A stretch of DNA of 64,000 bases from Eledone cirrhosa (lineage: Eukaryota): contig OZ024758.1 of assembly GCA_964016885.1 (NCBI GenBank), positions 2,170,001 through 2,234,000 of the forward strand, in the 5' to 3' direction. Under the pieces are notes generated by a model. It worked only from the letters and a program-made list of their open reading frames with translations. It was not told the DNA's origin and did not search any database. Positions 49,733-63,377 of this stretch are shown here, in pieces; within the stretch, counting starts at the first letter, position 1; each line of letters begins with the position of its first letter. Position numbers and translations under genes: made by a program.

Positions 49733-51180
49733 GGATTGGCAGTATCCGTAGAGGGTTAGACACCATGCTTTCCAGCATAGTTAAGTCCCTTTACGGCCTG
49801 AGTTCAAATCCCGCCGAGGTTAACTTGGCTTTTCATCCTTACGGGATCAATAAAATAAAGTACCAGTAATGCACTGGGATAATTGCTGGCCTTGTGCCAA
49901 AAGTAGAAACAATTATTATGTGATATAAAACTCACAAATGCATTAAGTATCCACCATGTTAAAGAAAGAACTAAATTCTAATTTTGTTGTTATTGTGGTT
50001 TTATGAGATATAAGATATTGAGTTAAATCCCTATTCCAAGATGTGGCACTACTCTAGAATTAGGTAATCCATTGGTATGCTGTGCCAAATTGGATCCCTC
50101 TTTAAAGAAAAGCTTCCTGCATTAGATTAGCCTCCTACTCAGGAGAAGCTTTATCTCAAATTTATTTAACCCTTTAGCATTTAAACTGACCATATCCAGC
50201 CTGAATTCTCTCACTTCTTGCTGTTCAAACCGGCTGTAACTGGCCGCTCATACTTAGGTTAAGGTATTGTTCTCAAAATAAATAACATCAAAATCTCATA
50301 GATTCAATATTATATGAGTTAAAGCCGTTACCACAAAAATACAATAGTATATATGGTGTAATGTAAATACTAAAGGGTTAATACTATGACAACTGAAGTT
50401 GGTTCCATGGCAGCAGAAGCAAGTTTGAGCTAGACAAAGCCCAAACAACCAGCACTTCAAATGAAACTAGACCCATGTGTTTTACATGTGGCTGTTATTC
50501 ATATGCCAGAAACATTCTCATCAGTCATCTATCGACATAAAACTCAATTACATAGACAGTCTCCAATGGACGAGTATATATCTACCTAGGACTACATTAT
50601 CCAATTTGTCCTTTTTTTAAGATGGTAAGGTGTGATTTGAAGGATATATGGTTGCTATTTCTAGCAGATCAAGCAACTATGATACATCATGTTTGTGTTA
50701 ACTTATTGTAGTTTGTCCTTGAACAGTTGGCATAATCCTTGTTAGAGAGCCAAATTACTTAATAGGATATTTCTGCAGTATTTTCAAATCCTCTTTTCTG
50801 AACATGAAATCTTATCTTCTAATAGAATTGGCCTTGTTTTCTTTTTCATATTTCCTTTATTTACAAGGACATTAATTCATTGTATCTACTGGTAATATAT
50901 AAGGCTATTTGTTAAGCTCACACGATTATGTTCTCAGCTTACTCTTCACCAATTCCGTCTGTGTCATAGAACATGATGTGTTATCATTTTAGTCTTTAAT
51001 TCCTTACTTGATCCTAAATCAAGTGATTTACTCTTATTTGTTGACTCTGTTATTTTTCATTCCCCATTATTTGAAGAAGGGATTTTAAGACCTGAAATAT
51101 TTGGACGACAGAAACATCTTACCTTCATCATATTGTCCATTTTACATTGTTTAGCCTTATATCACTTTCACATTATATAT

Positions 51181-51562
51181 CAGTGGTCACCAACCTTTCC
51201 GACCTCACGGACCACTAAATTTCATAATTTGAAATCCCGTGGACCACTAATATGAATTTTTTTTATAAAGAAGATAAAATACATTTGTAAAATAATGATC
51301 AGAGAACTTCCATTTATTAAACAATACTGAAGTGTACCTGTGTCATATTGTCGATAGATGATACATATGTGTAAAATTCTTTCATGAATGTTAGTTCTTT
51401 ACATAGGAGAAACATTTTTTAGGAGTGTTATAAAGTATATTTTAACCAAATATCATTTTTGTTTTATTATTAATAAATCATAAAAATTGCAAATAATGTC
51501 CAAATTTTTCTGCGGACCACCAACATTTTCTCTCTGATTACCAGTAGCCCACAGACCACTGT
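51181..51562. mobile_element. hAT/Charlie-type MITE
   Basis: Start CAGTGGTCACCAACCTTT, repeated GGACCAC subterminal motifs, degenerate right end GACCACTG. Confidence 0.65.
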
Positions 51563-52007
51563 TATATATGACATACAATGCTTCAAACAAACTTCAACAT
51601 TTTATTGTTTATATCTATTTACGTTTATGACTTAGTTAAAGGAGAATGTCAGAAAGTTGGTAGTTTCCTGAATGTTGGTTGTTCAATCAATAGTAACCAG
51701 GAGTGATACACCCACTTGTAATTAGGGCTGATCCTGTATTGAATGTTTAATAATATGCCAGGTTTTTTAGTATAGATATACCATAGATACAGCGCTATCT
51801 GGTTGTAAAAGATTGTCTCAAAACATCCTGTCAAACAGATGCCAGCTTGGAAAACTGGATGTAAAAACTACTGTCCTCTAATTATCATTGGGAGGAGGGA
51901 GAACATATATTATATTTTATAACGTTAGTAGCTCAGATAACTCTGGGGTGGGGTTGCAGGTTGGGTGACCAGTCAGCTTAACTATATTGGTACTTAACCC
52001 CTTAGAA

Positions 52008-52441
52008 CAAGGGTCAGCAACCCTTGGCTTGCGGGCCATATCTGGCTCCCCAATGGATTTTTGTCCACCCCTCCAAAAGGTTTCAATCTTAGTCTAAATG
52101 ATCCTTGAAAAAGTGCTCTGAATTATTTTGGTTTAGAATACCGACAAGACTCACTTAGCTGAACAAATATTTCACCTGATGTAGAGAAGCTATCCAACGC
52201 CAGGCAAAAACAAGAATCTCATTAAACAATTTACCATTTCTACCTGTATTTTATTTGTAGTAAGGAATGTCATTAAAGTAATATCACATAACATTCATTG
52301 TTCTTCTTTAAATCCCTGGATTAAGGTATCCTTCTGGACAGAGCAGTCTGAGGTGGAGCAAATTTATTTTGATATCATGGCCCACTGAAGAGAGACTGCA
52401 TAGTAATGTGGCCCACATACCTCAAACGTTTGCGACCCCTG
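52008..52441 (+). mobile_element. Non-autonomous hAT (Charlie/Buster) element
   Basis: Termini CAAGGGTCAGCAAC...GTTTGCGACCCCTG; perfect 8-bp TSD CCTTAGAA; retains the transposase C-terminus SPDVEKLSNARQKQESH*. Confidence 0.9.
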
Positions 52442-53221
52442 CCTTAGAAGCTCTGTTATAGAAGCTTGTTGGTGAAGCTATCTCAGACTTTTTGGATATA
52501 TATTCCCTTCTTTCTTTTGTTATCTGTATTATCATCATCGTACGTCCACTTTTCTCAGCTTGTAAGAGTGGGATAAGTCCTCTTCAGCACAGCATCTCTC
52601 CATTTGTCACAGTCCTTCGTTATCTCATCTGTGAGCTTCAGCGTTCTGAGGTTAGCTCTCACCACTTCTATTTATGTTTTCCAAGATCTTATCATATATG
52701 TTGTAAAAAAAGATTTTATTAGTGTAAGTTCTACAGTATCAAGTCAGACACTGCATTCTATGTTTTTCAGGTTACTATGTATTTTTGACTTATTCAGTAA
52801 AATAAGTGTATGCATGTTTACATGCATGTGTGTGCATCTTTACATGCATGTGTGTGCATCCAGCAATTTCAGCAATCTTTCCTTCCTTGTTACTGTAATG
52901 GTCTACAATTGATACTTACCATTAGTTGATAGCTTATCTGTTTTCATTAGGAGAACAGGATCTTACTGTATCTGATGTCAGGCCAAATAATAGTTTGTAG
53001 AACATCTGTACTTAATACAGTTAATTGTGTATTTAAATCTGAGTGGAGGCAAAATATAGCTTATTTCTATTGTAAGTAATTGAAAAATTAGCAATTAAGA
53101 CTTTAACTACTTTTTAATGGTTATTGTTTAAAGCTAAACTGGAATTAAATTTCATTTTCCTTGTTGCGAAAATTACTTTTATTACATCATCATTTTTGTT
53201 TGTGATTACTTTTTACAGGTT

Positions 53222-55030
53222 CTGTGGTCATACTGTGGTAGTTGTCATACTGTGGTAGTTGTCATACTGTGGTAGTTGTCATACTGTGGTAGTTGTCATA
53301 CTGTGGTAGTTGTCATACTGTGGTAGTTGTCATACTGTGGTTGTTGTTATACTGTGGTAGTTGTCATACTGTGGTAGTTGTCATACTGTGGTAGTTGTCA
53401 TACTGTGGTTGTTGTCATACTGTGGTTGTTGTCATACTGTGGTAGTTGTCATACTGTGGTAGTTGTCATACTGTGGTTGTTGTTATACTGTGGTAGTTGT
53501 CATACTGTGGTAGTTGTCATACTGTGGTAGTTGTCATACTGTGGTAGTTGTCATACTGTGGTAGTTGTCATACTGTGGTAGTTGTCATACTGTGGTTGTT
53601 GTTATACTGTGGTAGTTGTCATACTGTGGTAGTTGTCATACTGTGGTAGTTGTCATACTGTGGTTGTTGTCATACTGTGGTTGTTGTCATACTGTGGTTG
53701 TTGTCATACTGTGGTTGTTGTCATACTGTGGTAGTTGTCATACTGTGGTAGTTGTCATACTGTGGTTGTTGTCATACTGTGGTTGTTGTCATACTGTGGT
53801 TGTTGTCATACTGTGGTTGTTGTCATACTGTGGTTGTTGTCATAATGTGGTTGTTGTTATACTGTGGTAGTTGTCATACTGTGGTAGTTGTCATACTGTG
53901 GTAGTTGTCATACTGTGGTTGTTGTTATACAGTGGTTGTTGTTATACAGTGGTTGTTGTTATACTGTGGTTGTTGTTATACTGTGGTTGTTGTTATACTG
54001 TGGTAGTTGTCATACTGTGGTAGTTATACTGTGGTAGTTGTCATACTGTGGTAGTTGTCATACTGTGGTAGTTGTCATACTGTGGTAGTTGTCATACTGT
54101 GGTAGTTGTCATACTGTGGTAGTTGTCATACTGTGGTTGTTGTTATACTGTGGTAGTTGTCATACTGTGGTAGTTGTCATACTGTGGTAGTTGTCATACT
54201 GTGGTAGTTGTCATACTGTGGTAGTTGTCATACTGTGGTTGTTGTCATACTGTGGTTGTTGTTATACTGTGGTTGTTGTTATACTGTGGTAGTTGTCATA
54301 CTGTGGTAGTTGTCATACTGTGGTAGTTGTCATACTGTGGTTGTTGTAATACAGTGGTTGTTGTTATACTGTGGTTGTTGTTATACTGTGGTTGTTGTTA
54401 TACTGTGGTAGTTGTCATACTGTGGTAGTTATACTGTGGTAGTTATACTGTGGTTGTTGTCATACTGTGGTTGTTGTCATACTGTGGTTGTTGTCATACT
54501 GTGGTAGTTGTCATACTGTGGTTGTTGTTATACTGTGGTTGTTGTTATACTGTGGTTGTTGTCATACTGTGGTAGTTGTTATACTGTGGTAGTTGTTATA
54601 CTGTGGTTGTTGTTATACTGTGGTTGTTGTTATACTGTGGTTGTTGTTATACTGTGGCTGTTGTTATACTGTGGCTGTTGTTATACTGTGGCAGTTGTTA
54701 TACTGTGGTTGTTGTTATACTGTGGTAGTTGTTATACTGTGGTAGTTGTTATACTGTGGTTGTTGTTATACTGTGGTTGTTGTTATACTGTGGTTGTTGT
54801 TATACAGTGGTTGTTGTTATACAGTGGTAGTTGTTATACTGTAGTTGTCGTACTGTGGTAGTTGTTATACTGTGGTTGTTGTCACACTGGCAGTTGTCAC
54901 ACTGGCAGTTGTCACACTGTGGCAGTTGTCACACTGTGGCAGTTGTCACACTGTGGAAGTTGTCACACTGTGGCAGTTGTCACACTGTGGCAGTTGTCAC
55001 CCTGGTGGCAGTTGTCACCCTGGTGGCAGT
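53222..55030. repeat. 17-bp minisatellite (TACTGTGGT(A/T)GTTGT(C/T)A)n, about 100 units
   Basis: Directly visible, with variant gradients along the array. Confidence 0.97.
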
Positions 55031-55171
55031 CTATATGTTCTACAACTGTTTCACATCTTTACAACTTCTAGCAGCTTCATAAATGTAACTATCTTTCATT
55101 TACATTTAAATGGTGGCACAAAGAAACTTGTTGAACATTGGTTAATGAAAAATAACCCTTTTTTGCATGTC

Positions 55172-55545
55172 CATGTGGCTGTGTGGTTAAAGAACTTGCT
55201 TCACAACACATGTAGCTATGTGGTTAAAGAACTTGCTTCACAACGCATGTAGTTATGTGGTTAAAGAACTTGCTTCACAACACATGTAGCTGTGTGGTGA
55301 AAGAGCTTGTTTCACAACACATGTAGCTGTGTGGTTAAAGAGCTTGTTTCTCAACACATGTAGCTGTGTGGTTAAAGAGCTTGTTTCACAACACATGTAG
55401 ATGTGTGGTTAAAGAGCTTGCTTCACAACACATGTAGCTGTGTGGTTAAAGAGCTTGTTTCACAACACATGTAGCTATGTGGTTAAAGAACTTGCTTCAC
55501 AACACATGTAGCTGTGTGGTTAAAGAACTTGTTTCACAACACGTA
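55172..55545 (+). repeat. 37-bp tandem repeat resembling a tRNA-SINE head, about 10 units
   Basis: Unit CATGTAGCTGTGTGGTTAAAGAGCTTG(C/T)TTCACAACA contains an A-box-like TAGCTGTGTGG. Confidence 0.85.
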
Positions 55546-56072
55546 GAAAACTTGCGTGTTTATATTTATATACTCATACATATGTATGCACACACACATG
55601 CACACATACACGGCAGCGTGTTGAAACAAATTTTAGTAATATAAACGGAGCTAATTTATTGAGACATTCACATGAAAAGCCACAGTGTAACTTTATATTT
55701 CAGTCTTATAATGTTAGAAAAGTGTAGCCTACTTTCAGGTTTACCTGATGATATGGCTGACAAACATCAATCTTACTTAACCTCAGTAACACCAATTGTA
55801 CTATGGTGTAGCAGATCATAAAATATGAATTATCATACAGACAAATCACAATTTTCTATGAATATATTTCTTCATTGTATTGTGTTCCTTTTGTTATTTC
55901 TGTTTGCCTTTTGCATATATATATATATATATATATGTGAGCAGGTTTGAAATTAGAAAATAGAATAGCTTTCGCCGTATTTTTGACTAAAGGAATTTGA
56001 GCCTGATAATGGGGTTTAGAACCCTCAGATAAATGGAAAAAGATGAGTCTTGACGTATATATATATATATAT

Positions 56073-56563
56073 ATATATAAATACATAATCGGAGAAAGCT
56101 AATAGCGATACTTCGGCCAAATTCCAACTCACTCAACAAACATTAGGAAATACCTGAGTATATTCCTAATTAAACGTTCGGGGTGCTAACTAATTGTATT
56201 GTGTGGAAAATTGGCTGTATCATTTCATATGAGATATATCAAATATATCCCTTCCCAGATGACTCGTTTCATTATAAGATTTCTACAAGTTGGGTGAAAT
56301 TATACCAAATTATGTAGAAGCTTGTATAAGATCAACAGATACTTATTCAAGTGGGCTCTTATAATTCTTCAGTGGGTGCCCAATAGATATTTTCTCGGGC
56401 AAAATAACAGAATGAGATACAAGAACAAACAATCAATATTCATATAAAAAAGAGAGTCATACCTTATATCGGGAAAGTTCATATCTGTTGCTCCAAGAGT
56501 AAATATATAAATACATAATCGGAGAAAGCTAATAGCGATACTCCGGCCAAATTCCAACTCACT
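56073..56563 (-). mobile_element. 430-bp unit with 61-bp terminal direct repeat containing a hammerhead (retrozyme or Penelope pLTR-like)
   Basis: 56073-56133 equals 56503-56563 with 1 mismatch; flanked by (TA)n on both sides. Confidence 0.65.
56254..56376 (-). ncRNA. Type I hammerhead ribozyme with expanded stem II
   Basis: Reverse complement CCCA-CTGAAGA-ATTATAAGA[~78-nt insert with TTCTACA/TGTAGAA hairpin]TCTTATAAT-GAAA-CGAGTCA-TC-TGGG. Confidence 0.7.
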
Positions 56564-57291
56564 ATATATATATATATAGGCTCCCGGTCCACACTGTAAA
56601 TGTGGTTGGTGTTAGGAAGGGCATCCAGCCGGAGAAAACCTGCCAGAAGCAGTTCTATACGAGCGAGACACGGTCACCCGACCAATCTTGCCTCAAGTGG
56701 GACAAACCCGTCTAACCCATGCTAGCGTGGAAGATGGACATAAAACGATGATGATGATGATGATAGGTTATTTAAGTGAGTAACGTATAGTTACTAGAGG
56801 CGATGTTGCTCGAAGCATTCGATGCTATTACTGGGCCCGTCTCTCTTTAGGTTGTGAGCCAGGTTTAACCCTTTAGCATTTACATTACTCTATATATACT
56901 ATTGTATTTTTGCGGTAAAGACTTTATCTTACATAATATCTCACATAATATTGAATCTATGCCATTTCGATATCATTTATGTTCTGAACAATACCTTAAT
57001 ATCAGTATGAGTGGCCAGTTACGACTAGTTTAAACAGATAGAGGTGAGAGAATTCTGGCTGGATATGGCCGGTTTAACTGCTAAAGGGTTAAGGCGGCTG
57101 TAGTTAGCAGAGCATATATATTGGATGACTGTTGTAATAGGCAATAAAATTTCATAACAAGCTGCAAATCTGACTTCTTATTGTCACTATATATGAGGTG
57201 GCAACATGAATGGATCTGTTATTTTTCTCTAAAAACATTTTTTTCTGATTCTGCCCTCTTCGTCCGTTCATTCTTTCTAATATCTCATTTT

Positions 57292-57329
57292 GTCTTCCGA
57301 TGAAGGACTAGCGTCCGAAACGTTGAGAC
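57292..57329 (+). ncRNA. Minimal hammerhead motif (family H3)
   Basis: GTCTT-CcGATGA-A-GGAC(TAGC)GTCC-GAAACGTT-GAGAC. The 3' half with its downstream flank recurs at 15688-15790. Confidence 0.6.
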
Positions 57330-57496
57330 CCTCTTCCTGGTATTTCAAGCTTTAAATTAATATATTCCTCCCATATACCGTACTGATTGTGTTGTTATTT
57401 CTGTTTACCGTTTACTTGCATATATATATATGTATATATTTATATATATATATATATGTATATGTATATGTATATATATATATATATGTGTGTGTG

Positions 57497-57556
<60 letters not shown>

Positions 57557-58182
57557 GAATGATTAGGTATAGAGAGAGAGAAGAGAATATAAAGATGGTC
57601 GATACATATATTTAGTTGCCAATAGTTTATGTGTACTCAATACTCGTGCCTACAGGGTTAAATATTAGAGGCGTCAATATTTAGTGGGCGAGAAAAAATA
57701 ATAAGCAGAGAGATTATAAAGGAAGTAAATACAAAGAGTTTAAAACGTTAAAACATGTTTATATAATTGTGCACCTACGTACGTTTCGCCCTGAGCAGGT
57801 TTATCAAGGACATGGAAAGCAAAATAATGTTCAATATAGGTCCTAGGAGGGAATTTACGGTTAAATTGACATCCTCATTCATTTTCTTTTTCACATGCAC
57901 AGAGAAAATGAATATATATATATATATATAAGCAAAAGGGATATTCAATTTGTTGGTAATTCAGCAAATATAAATGTTTATAACTGATTCAGAGCACTCG
58001 ACAGTTTTCTGGAGTATAATATTCCACTGGAAAGTGGTCATGGAGGTGCCACGGCAAAAAAGCACCCAGCCCTCACTGTAAATGAGGTTGGTGTTAGGAA
58101 GGGCATCCAACTGTAGAAATCAAGCCAGAATCAGTTCCCGTCCCACCCTTGCAAGCAGGGAAAAAGTGGACATAAAATGAAA

Positions 58183-58256
<74 letters not shown>

Positions 58257-58666
58257 GTTAGCCATAGTTACCTATAATAATTAGACCACAAAGATAGAAG
58301 CAGCTTTCAACTCAGATCACTTTAAACTGACATAAATCTTAACTTTACATGACTATGATATATAACTGAACATGTTTGTGAAAGCTACGTTGTTGCTGTA
58401 GATAGTTGTAACACACTATATCTAACATGAAAATATTCTGTCAAAGTATTTTCTTTTCTATCCAAATCCGGCCAATTAGATTAGTGGGTTGCGGAGAAAA
58501 ATTTCCAACTTATATGTATGTAGATAGTAGGGTATCCAGGTGTAAAACATTACTTCAAGATGTCCGTCCGGTCCAACCAGTGACTGCACGGAAAAGTCGA
58601 TATAAAAAGGAGGGTGATAATGATGATATATATATGTGTGTATATATATATGTGTGTATATATATA

Positions 58667-58699
<33 letters not shown>

Positions 58700-58742
58700 G
58701 TGTATGTATATAGTTGACATTAACTACCCTGATATTGATTTT

Positions 58743-59720
58743 CTTACTGAAGAGCAATGGATGACTGCTGATAGTATAATAGATGCTGTTCAATAGAGGA
58801 GAAAAAGATGCAAGGCCTGCACATAATTGCTTCTATGCAGATGCACTTGGAGGGTGTAGCAAAAACATACTTGTTCAATACACTGATTTTTCAGGTCCAG
58901 GCGAATAACTATCAGGTGTGTTGCAGTGCTTGGACTGGCATAGTGTCTACACTACTGTTGAGAGGTAGAACCGTGCACAATTTATTCAAACTACCTGTTC
59001 CACTAACAGAGACCAGTGTATGTAATGTGTATGGCTCATCTGACCATGCCAATTACTTACAGAACCAGGATCTCATAATACTGGATGAGGCTTCTGTGAT
59101 TCCTTCTTATGCAATTCATGCCATTCACAAGTGTCTTCAAGACATCACTGGTATCAATGAAGTGTTTGGAGCAAAGGTTTTGCTCTTTGGTGGTGACTTC
59201 ATACAACAGCTGCCAATATTACCAAGGAGTACCCATGAAGCCACATTAGAAATATGCCTTAAAAACTCCTATCTGTGGTACTTCTTTCAACATTTTACAT
59301 TAAACAATATCAGTAAGAGAAGATCAGAGAGAGTTTTTGAAGTTGCTGCTACATCTTGGCAATGGTACAACACCTTCAGTTGAAGGACTGCATTTGAATG
59401 AAGATGATGAAGTGATCATATGTAAATGATTCTTTAGTGAAACAAACTTTCAGCGATACAATACAATACAAGAGTAGAGAATGGAAGTGATTTTATCTCC
59501 CAAGAATGCAGATTGCCTATTAATCAATGAAGAGGTTCTCTGACAAATCCCTAGTAGCAACCATACATATTACAGAACAGATATAGTGCTTACTGATGAG
59601 CCTACAGAGGTGGACAAATGTTAAACTGAATTTCTGAGCTCACTTACACCTTTAGGGATGCCGCCTCAAAACTCCGATTAAAAGCAGGATCATTAATAAT
59701 GCTTCTATGGAATATTTCAA
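58743..59720 (+). pseudogene. Helitron RepHel PIF1-like helicase fragment
   Basis: LTEEQ.., decayed Walker A, AWTGIVSTLL.GRTVHNLFKLP, IILDEAS, FGAKVLLFGGDFIQQLPI, LLHLGNG, ILSPKN, EFLSSLTPLGMPP..LRLKAGSLIMLL; frameshifts and stops are present. Confidence 0.9.
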
Positions 59721-60089
59721 ACAGATATTAAGATCATTTTAAGACCAGTTGCAATTTAATTGAAATAAATCACGTGAATAAAAAAAATTGAGTATATTCT
59801 CTATATCGTTTTGTGTATATTGATTGTATATAATGTAAAGTAATTGATAAAATATTGTATAATGAGGAATGTGCAATTATATATTAATCTTGTAATTTCG
59901 ATAGAATTAAACATACAAATGAATGATATGTGTATTAAGTATTGTATTGATTCTTATTGTTATTGTATGTTTTTGTATCATTTATTGCACAGGCAACAAG
60001 ATTTATATGCAATAGAAATGCAAATCATCCTTTCTTTCTTAAATTGCTCCTTTTAATTTTTTCATCAATGGAATTTCCACAGCTCTCAC

Positions 60090-60130
<41 letters not shown>

Positions 60131-61420
60131 CATGGAAATGTTCCAAATGAAGATGTATTTGTCTTCCTGTCCATCAAGTATGAAGTGTAACATTTATGTG
60201 TATTTAAACGTTTCATGCAGAAATTGTGAAATTTTTTGTTCAACAAGATTGATTACTTCAGAGTTTTGTGTTTAATGCTTCTTTATAAGAACAGCTTTTA
60301 ACAATGATTTTCTCTTCCCCTGGTGTGTTTGTCTAACAAAGTGTTATGTCATCTGCGCGAGAAAGGTGATTAAACATCAAGTTAACCCTTCAGCATTTAA
60401 ACCATCTATATCTGGCCAGAATTACAAAGAAATGAATATCGAAAGAAACTGAACAAATAATGTTCTTTTAATTACTGTTTCCTTCACTTTTTATCTCTTT
60501 ATTTTAACATGAGCTTTGTTTTTTGATGAAATCTTTTGAGATCAGCTAACTTCACCCTTTAGCATTTAAATTGGCCACATGCAGTCAGAATTCTCTTACC
60601 TCTTTCTGTTCAAACTGTCTGTAACTTGCTACCCATACTGATGTTAAGGTATTGTTACCAAAATAAATAATATCAAAATCTCATAGATTCGACATTGTGA
60701 AGTAAAGCCTTTACTGTGAAAATATTATAGTAAATATAGAGTAATGTTAAAGGGTTAAAGAGCTCTTGGCATAAAACAGGATTTTTCAAAGGATTAGGGA
60801 GTTTCTATTATAAACATTTTAGTGATGATTTATTTAGTATTTTTAAAACTTTGTATAAATTTAGTACAGCTACAACAAAACAAAAAACAACAAAAATCTA
60901 AAATAAAAAAAGACCCCCCCCCCCCCCAACCTCTCATATCTTATGTTATCATTTCATGTGAAATATAGCCACCATATTGATGGGTCTTAGCTGTCAGATC
61001 AATATTCACTGATCTGCTGTTCAGTTGGTGGATGGTGATGACTCTAGAATTGAATCAAATACTTCAACCCGTAATTCACCCCAGTGCATTACTGGTGCAT
61101 TATTTTATCGACCCCCATAAGGATGAAACGGAAAGCTAACCTCGGCAGGATTTGAACTCAGATCGTAAAGGGACGTAACTATATGCCACAAAGCATGTCT
61201 GATGCTCTACCAATTCTGCCAATCCACTGCCCTGGATGGGTGTAATAAGAATTCTTTTAATTTTAAGGGTAGTTAAATTATAGGTTTGGTTAGAATTTCA
61301 AAGATGAAATTTATATATTTTTCCTACGAGTTTTGATGTCTGTGTTTTGAATAAAATGGCTTTGACAACCATCGTAAATTCTTTTCTGTGTTAGCTTACA
61401 TCTAACCCTAACCCCTAAAA

Positions 61421-61696
61421 CAGGGGTGTGCAACAGACGGCCCACAGGCCACAATCCGGCCCGCCAGACCAGTCAGAGTGGCCAGCGATGACTGTTTTTA
61501 ATTTTTGCCTTGTAGGCTTATTTAGAATTTTTTTCGTAACCGTAATACTTCTGTTAGTTGACCTATACTAAAGGGCTTCACTGATAGGGTTATGTGTGTT
61601 ATAATTTCCCAGTTCCCAGTGTTTAATAAATATTAATGGCCCTAATAGTTGTTCCAGTGTTCAAAAGTGGCCAATGGAATATGTTGCACACCCCTG
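61421..61696. mobile_element. hAT MITE
   Basis: Perfect 15-bp TIR CAGGGGTGTGCAACA/TGTTGCACACCCCTG; TSD CCCTAAAA/CCCTAAAG. Confidence 0.9.
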
Positions 61697-61779
61697 CCCT
61701 AAAGACTGTTGTCCGATGCTCCACCGATACTACTAATCCACCGCCCTTAGCAAAATATTGCTCTGTACGGCACTAAACT

Positions 61780-62202
61780 TGATCCTGGGTAGAAGTCTGT
61801 CATGCGATACCTTGTATTGACTCTCCTATCAACATTATTGATCCTGGGTAGAAGTCTGTCATGTGATACCTTGTATTGACTCTCCTATCAACATTATTGA
61901 TCCTGGGTAGAAGTCTCTGTCATGTGATACCTTGTATTGACTCTCCTATCAACATTATTGATCCTGGGTAGAAGTCTCTGTCATGTGATACCTTGTATTG
62001 ACTCTCCTATCAACATTATTGATCCTGGGTAGAAGTCTCTGTCATGTGATACCTTGTATTGACTCTCCTATCAACATTATTGATCCTGGGTAGAAGTCTC
62101 TGTCATGTGATACCTTGTATTGACTCTCCTATCAACATTATTGATCCTGGGTAGAAGTCTCTGTCATGTGATACCTTGTATTGACTCTCCTATCAACATT
62201 AT
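61780..62202. repeat. 59/61-bp tandem repeat, 7 units
   Basis: Unit TGATCCTGGGTAGAAGTCT(CT)GTCATGTGATACCTTGTATTGACTCTCCTATCAACATTAT; the first two units lack CT. Confidence 0.95.
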
Positions 62203-62359
62203 TAATTATTCTATTATGAATTGAAATTAATTTAAAAGGAATTAAAATTTTTAAGTAAATATCTAAACAAGTTTATTTACAAATGACATGTTTGAACTTG
62301 TCAAAGCAAAATACTGTCACCAAATTATGTGTGTGTATGCATATATGTATGTGTATGTA

Positions 62360-62392
<33 letters not shown>

Positions 62393-62481
62393 GAGAGAGA
62401 GAGAGATCGTTTGAAAAACACATAGTATTTTGTATTTATATGTATATATACATATGCTTGTATATGTATATATGTGTAGAA

Positions 62482-62514
<33 letters not shown>

Positions 62515-63377
62515 TATACATAGAAATAGCCTTGAGAATTCAAAATGCATTTAAACTGGCCATATCTGGCCAGAATTCTCTCGCCTCTCTCTGTTCAAAC
62601 CGGCCATAACTGGCTGCACATACTGACATTAAGGTAGTGTTCTCAAAATCTCATAGATTTGATATTGTGTGAGATAATTATGTAAGATAAAGCCTTAACC
62701 ACAAACATAGAATAGTATATATAGAGTAATGCGAATGCTAAAGGGTATACATTTATATGCAGTTTTCAACTTTTGACTATCAGACTAATGCAAGTAATTC
62801 AAAAGCTCTTTTTATCTTTTTTTTAACCATTAAACCGTGACAGTTCGTAAAACATTGTTTGTGTTTAAAAAAGCCTAAGACGCAACACAAAAATCAAACA
62901 ATAATTAACAAACCACATTTGAAACAAGTTCTTATTGGTAGATATATTCTGGACATGACCTGCTTTATTGGCATCTGTTTTGTGCCTTTCAAAAGATTTT
63001 ATAGAAAAGCTGCATTTCAGGTTGGTTATATTTCATCCCCTGGGTCTTTAGGTTTGCATACAAGTGCTCAGTTAATATTATTTAGGAGGAAATATTTCAC
63101 TGTTTAATTTGTGTTTCAAATATTTTAATACAAACCTCTTAGGTTTTATCTTTAACTACAACAAATGTTAATAAATGTAATATAGCACTGGTGAAGTTAG
63201 TTTCTATTCTGTTTTCCAAAGAAACTGCTTGTCTAAAAACTGATCTCTTTATGTTTATATCTCTGCTTTAAAACTTAACATATGCAGACAGATTCAGTAA
63301 CCACTCTCAGAGGAACAATTGGCTTTTGGTTTTTTAGGCATTCACTTGTATATATATATATATATGTATCTATGTAT

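Noticed and set aside
61402-61417. Interstitial telomere (CCCTAA)n
   Set aside because: Only about two units, partly forming the hAT target site.
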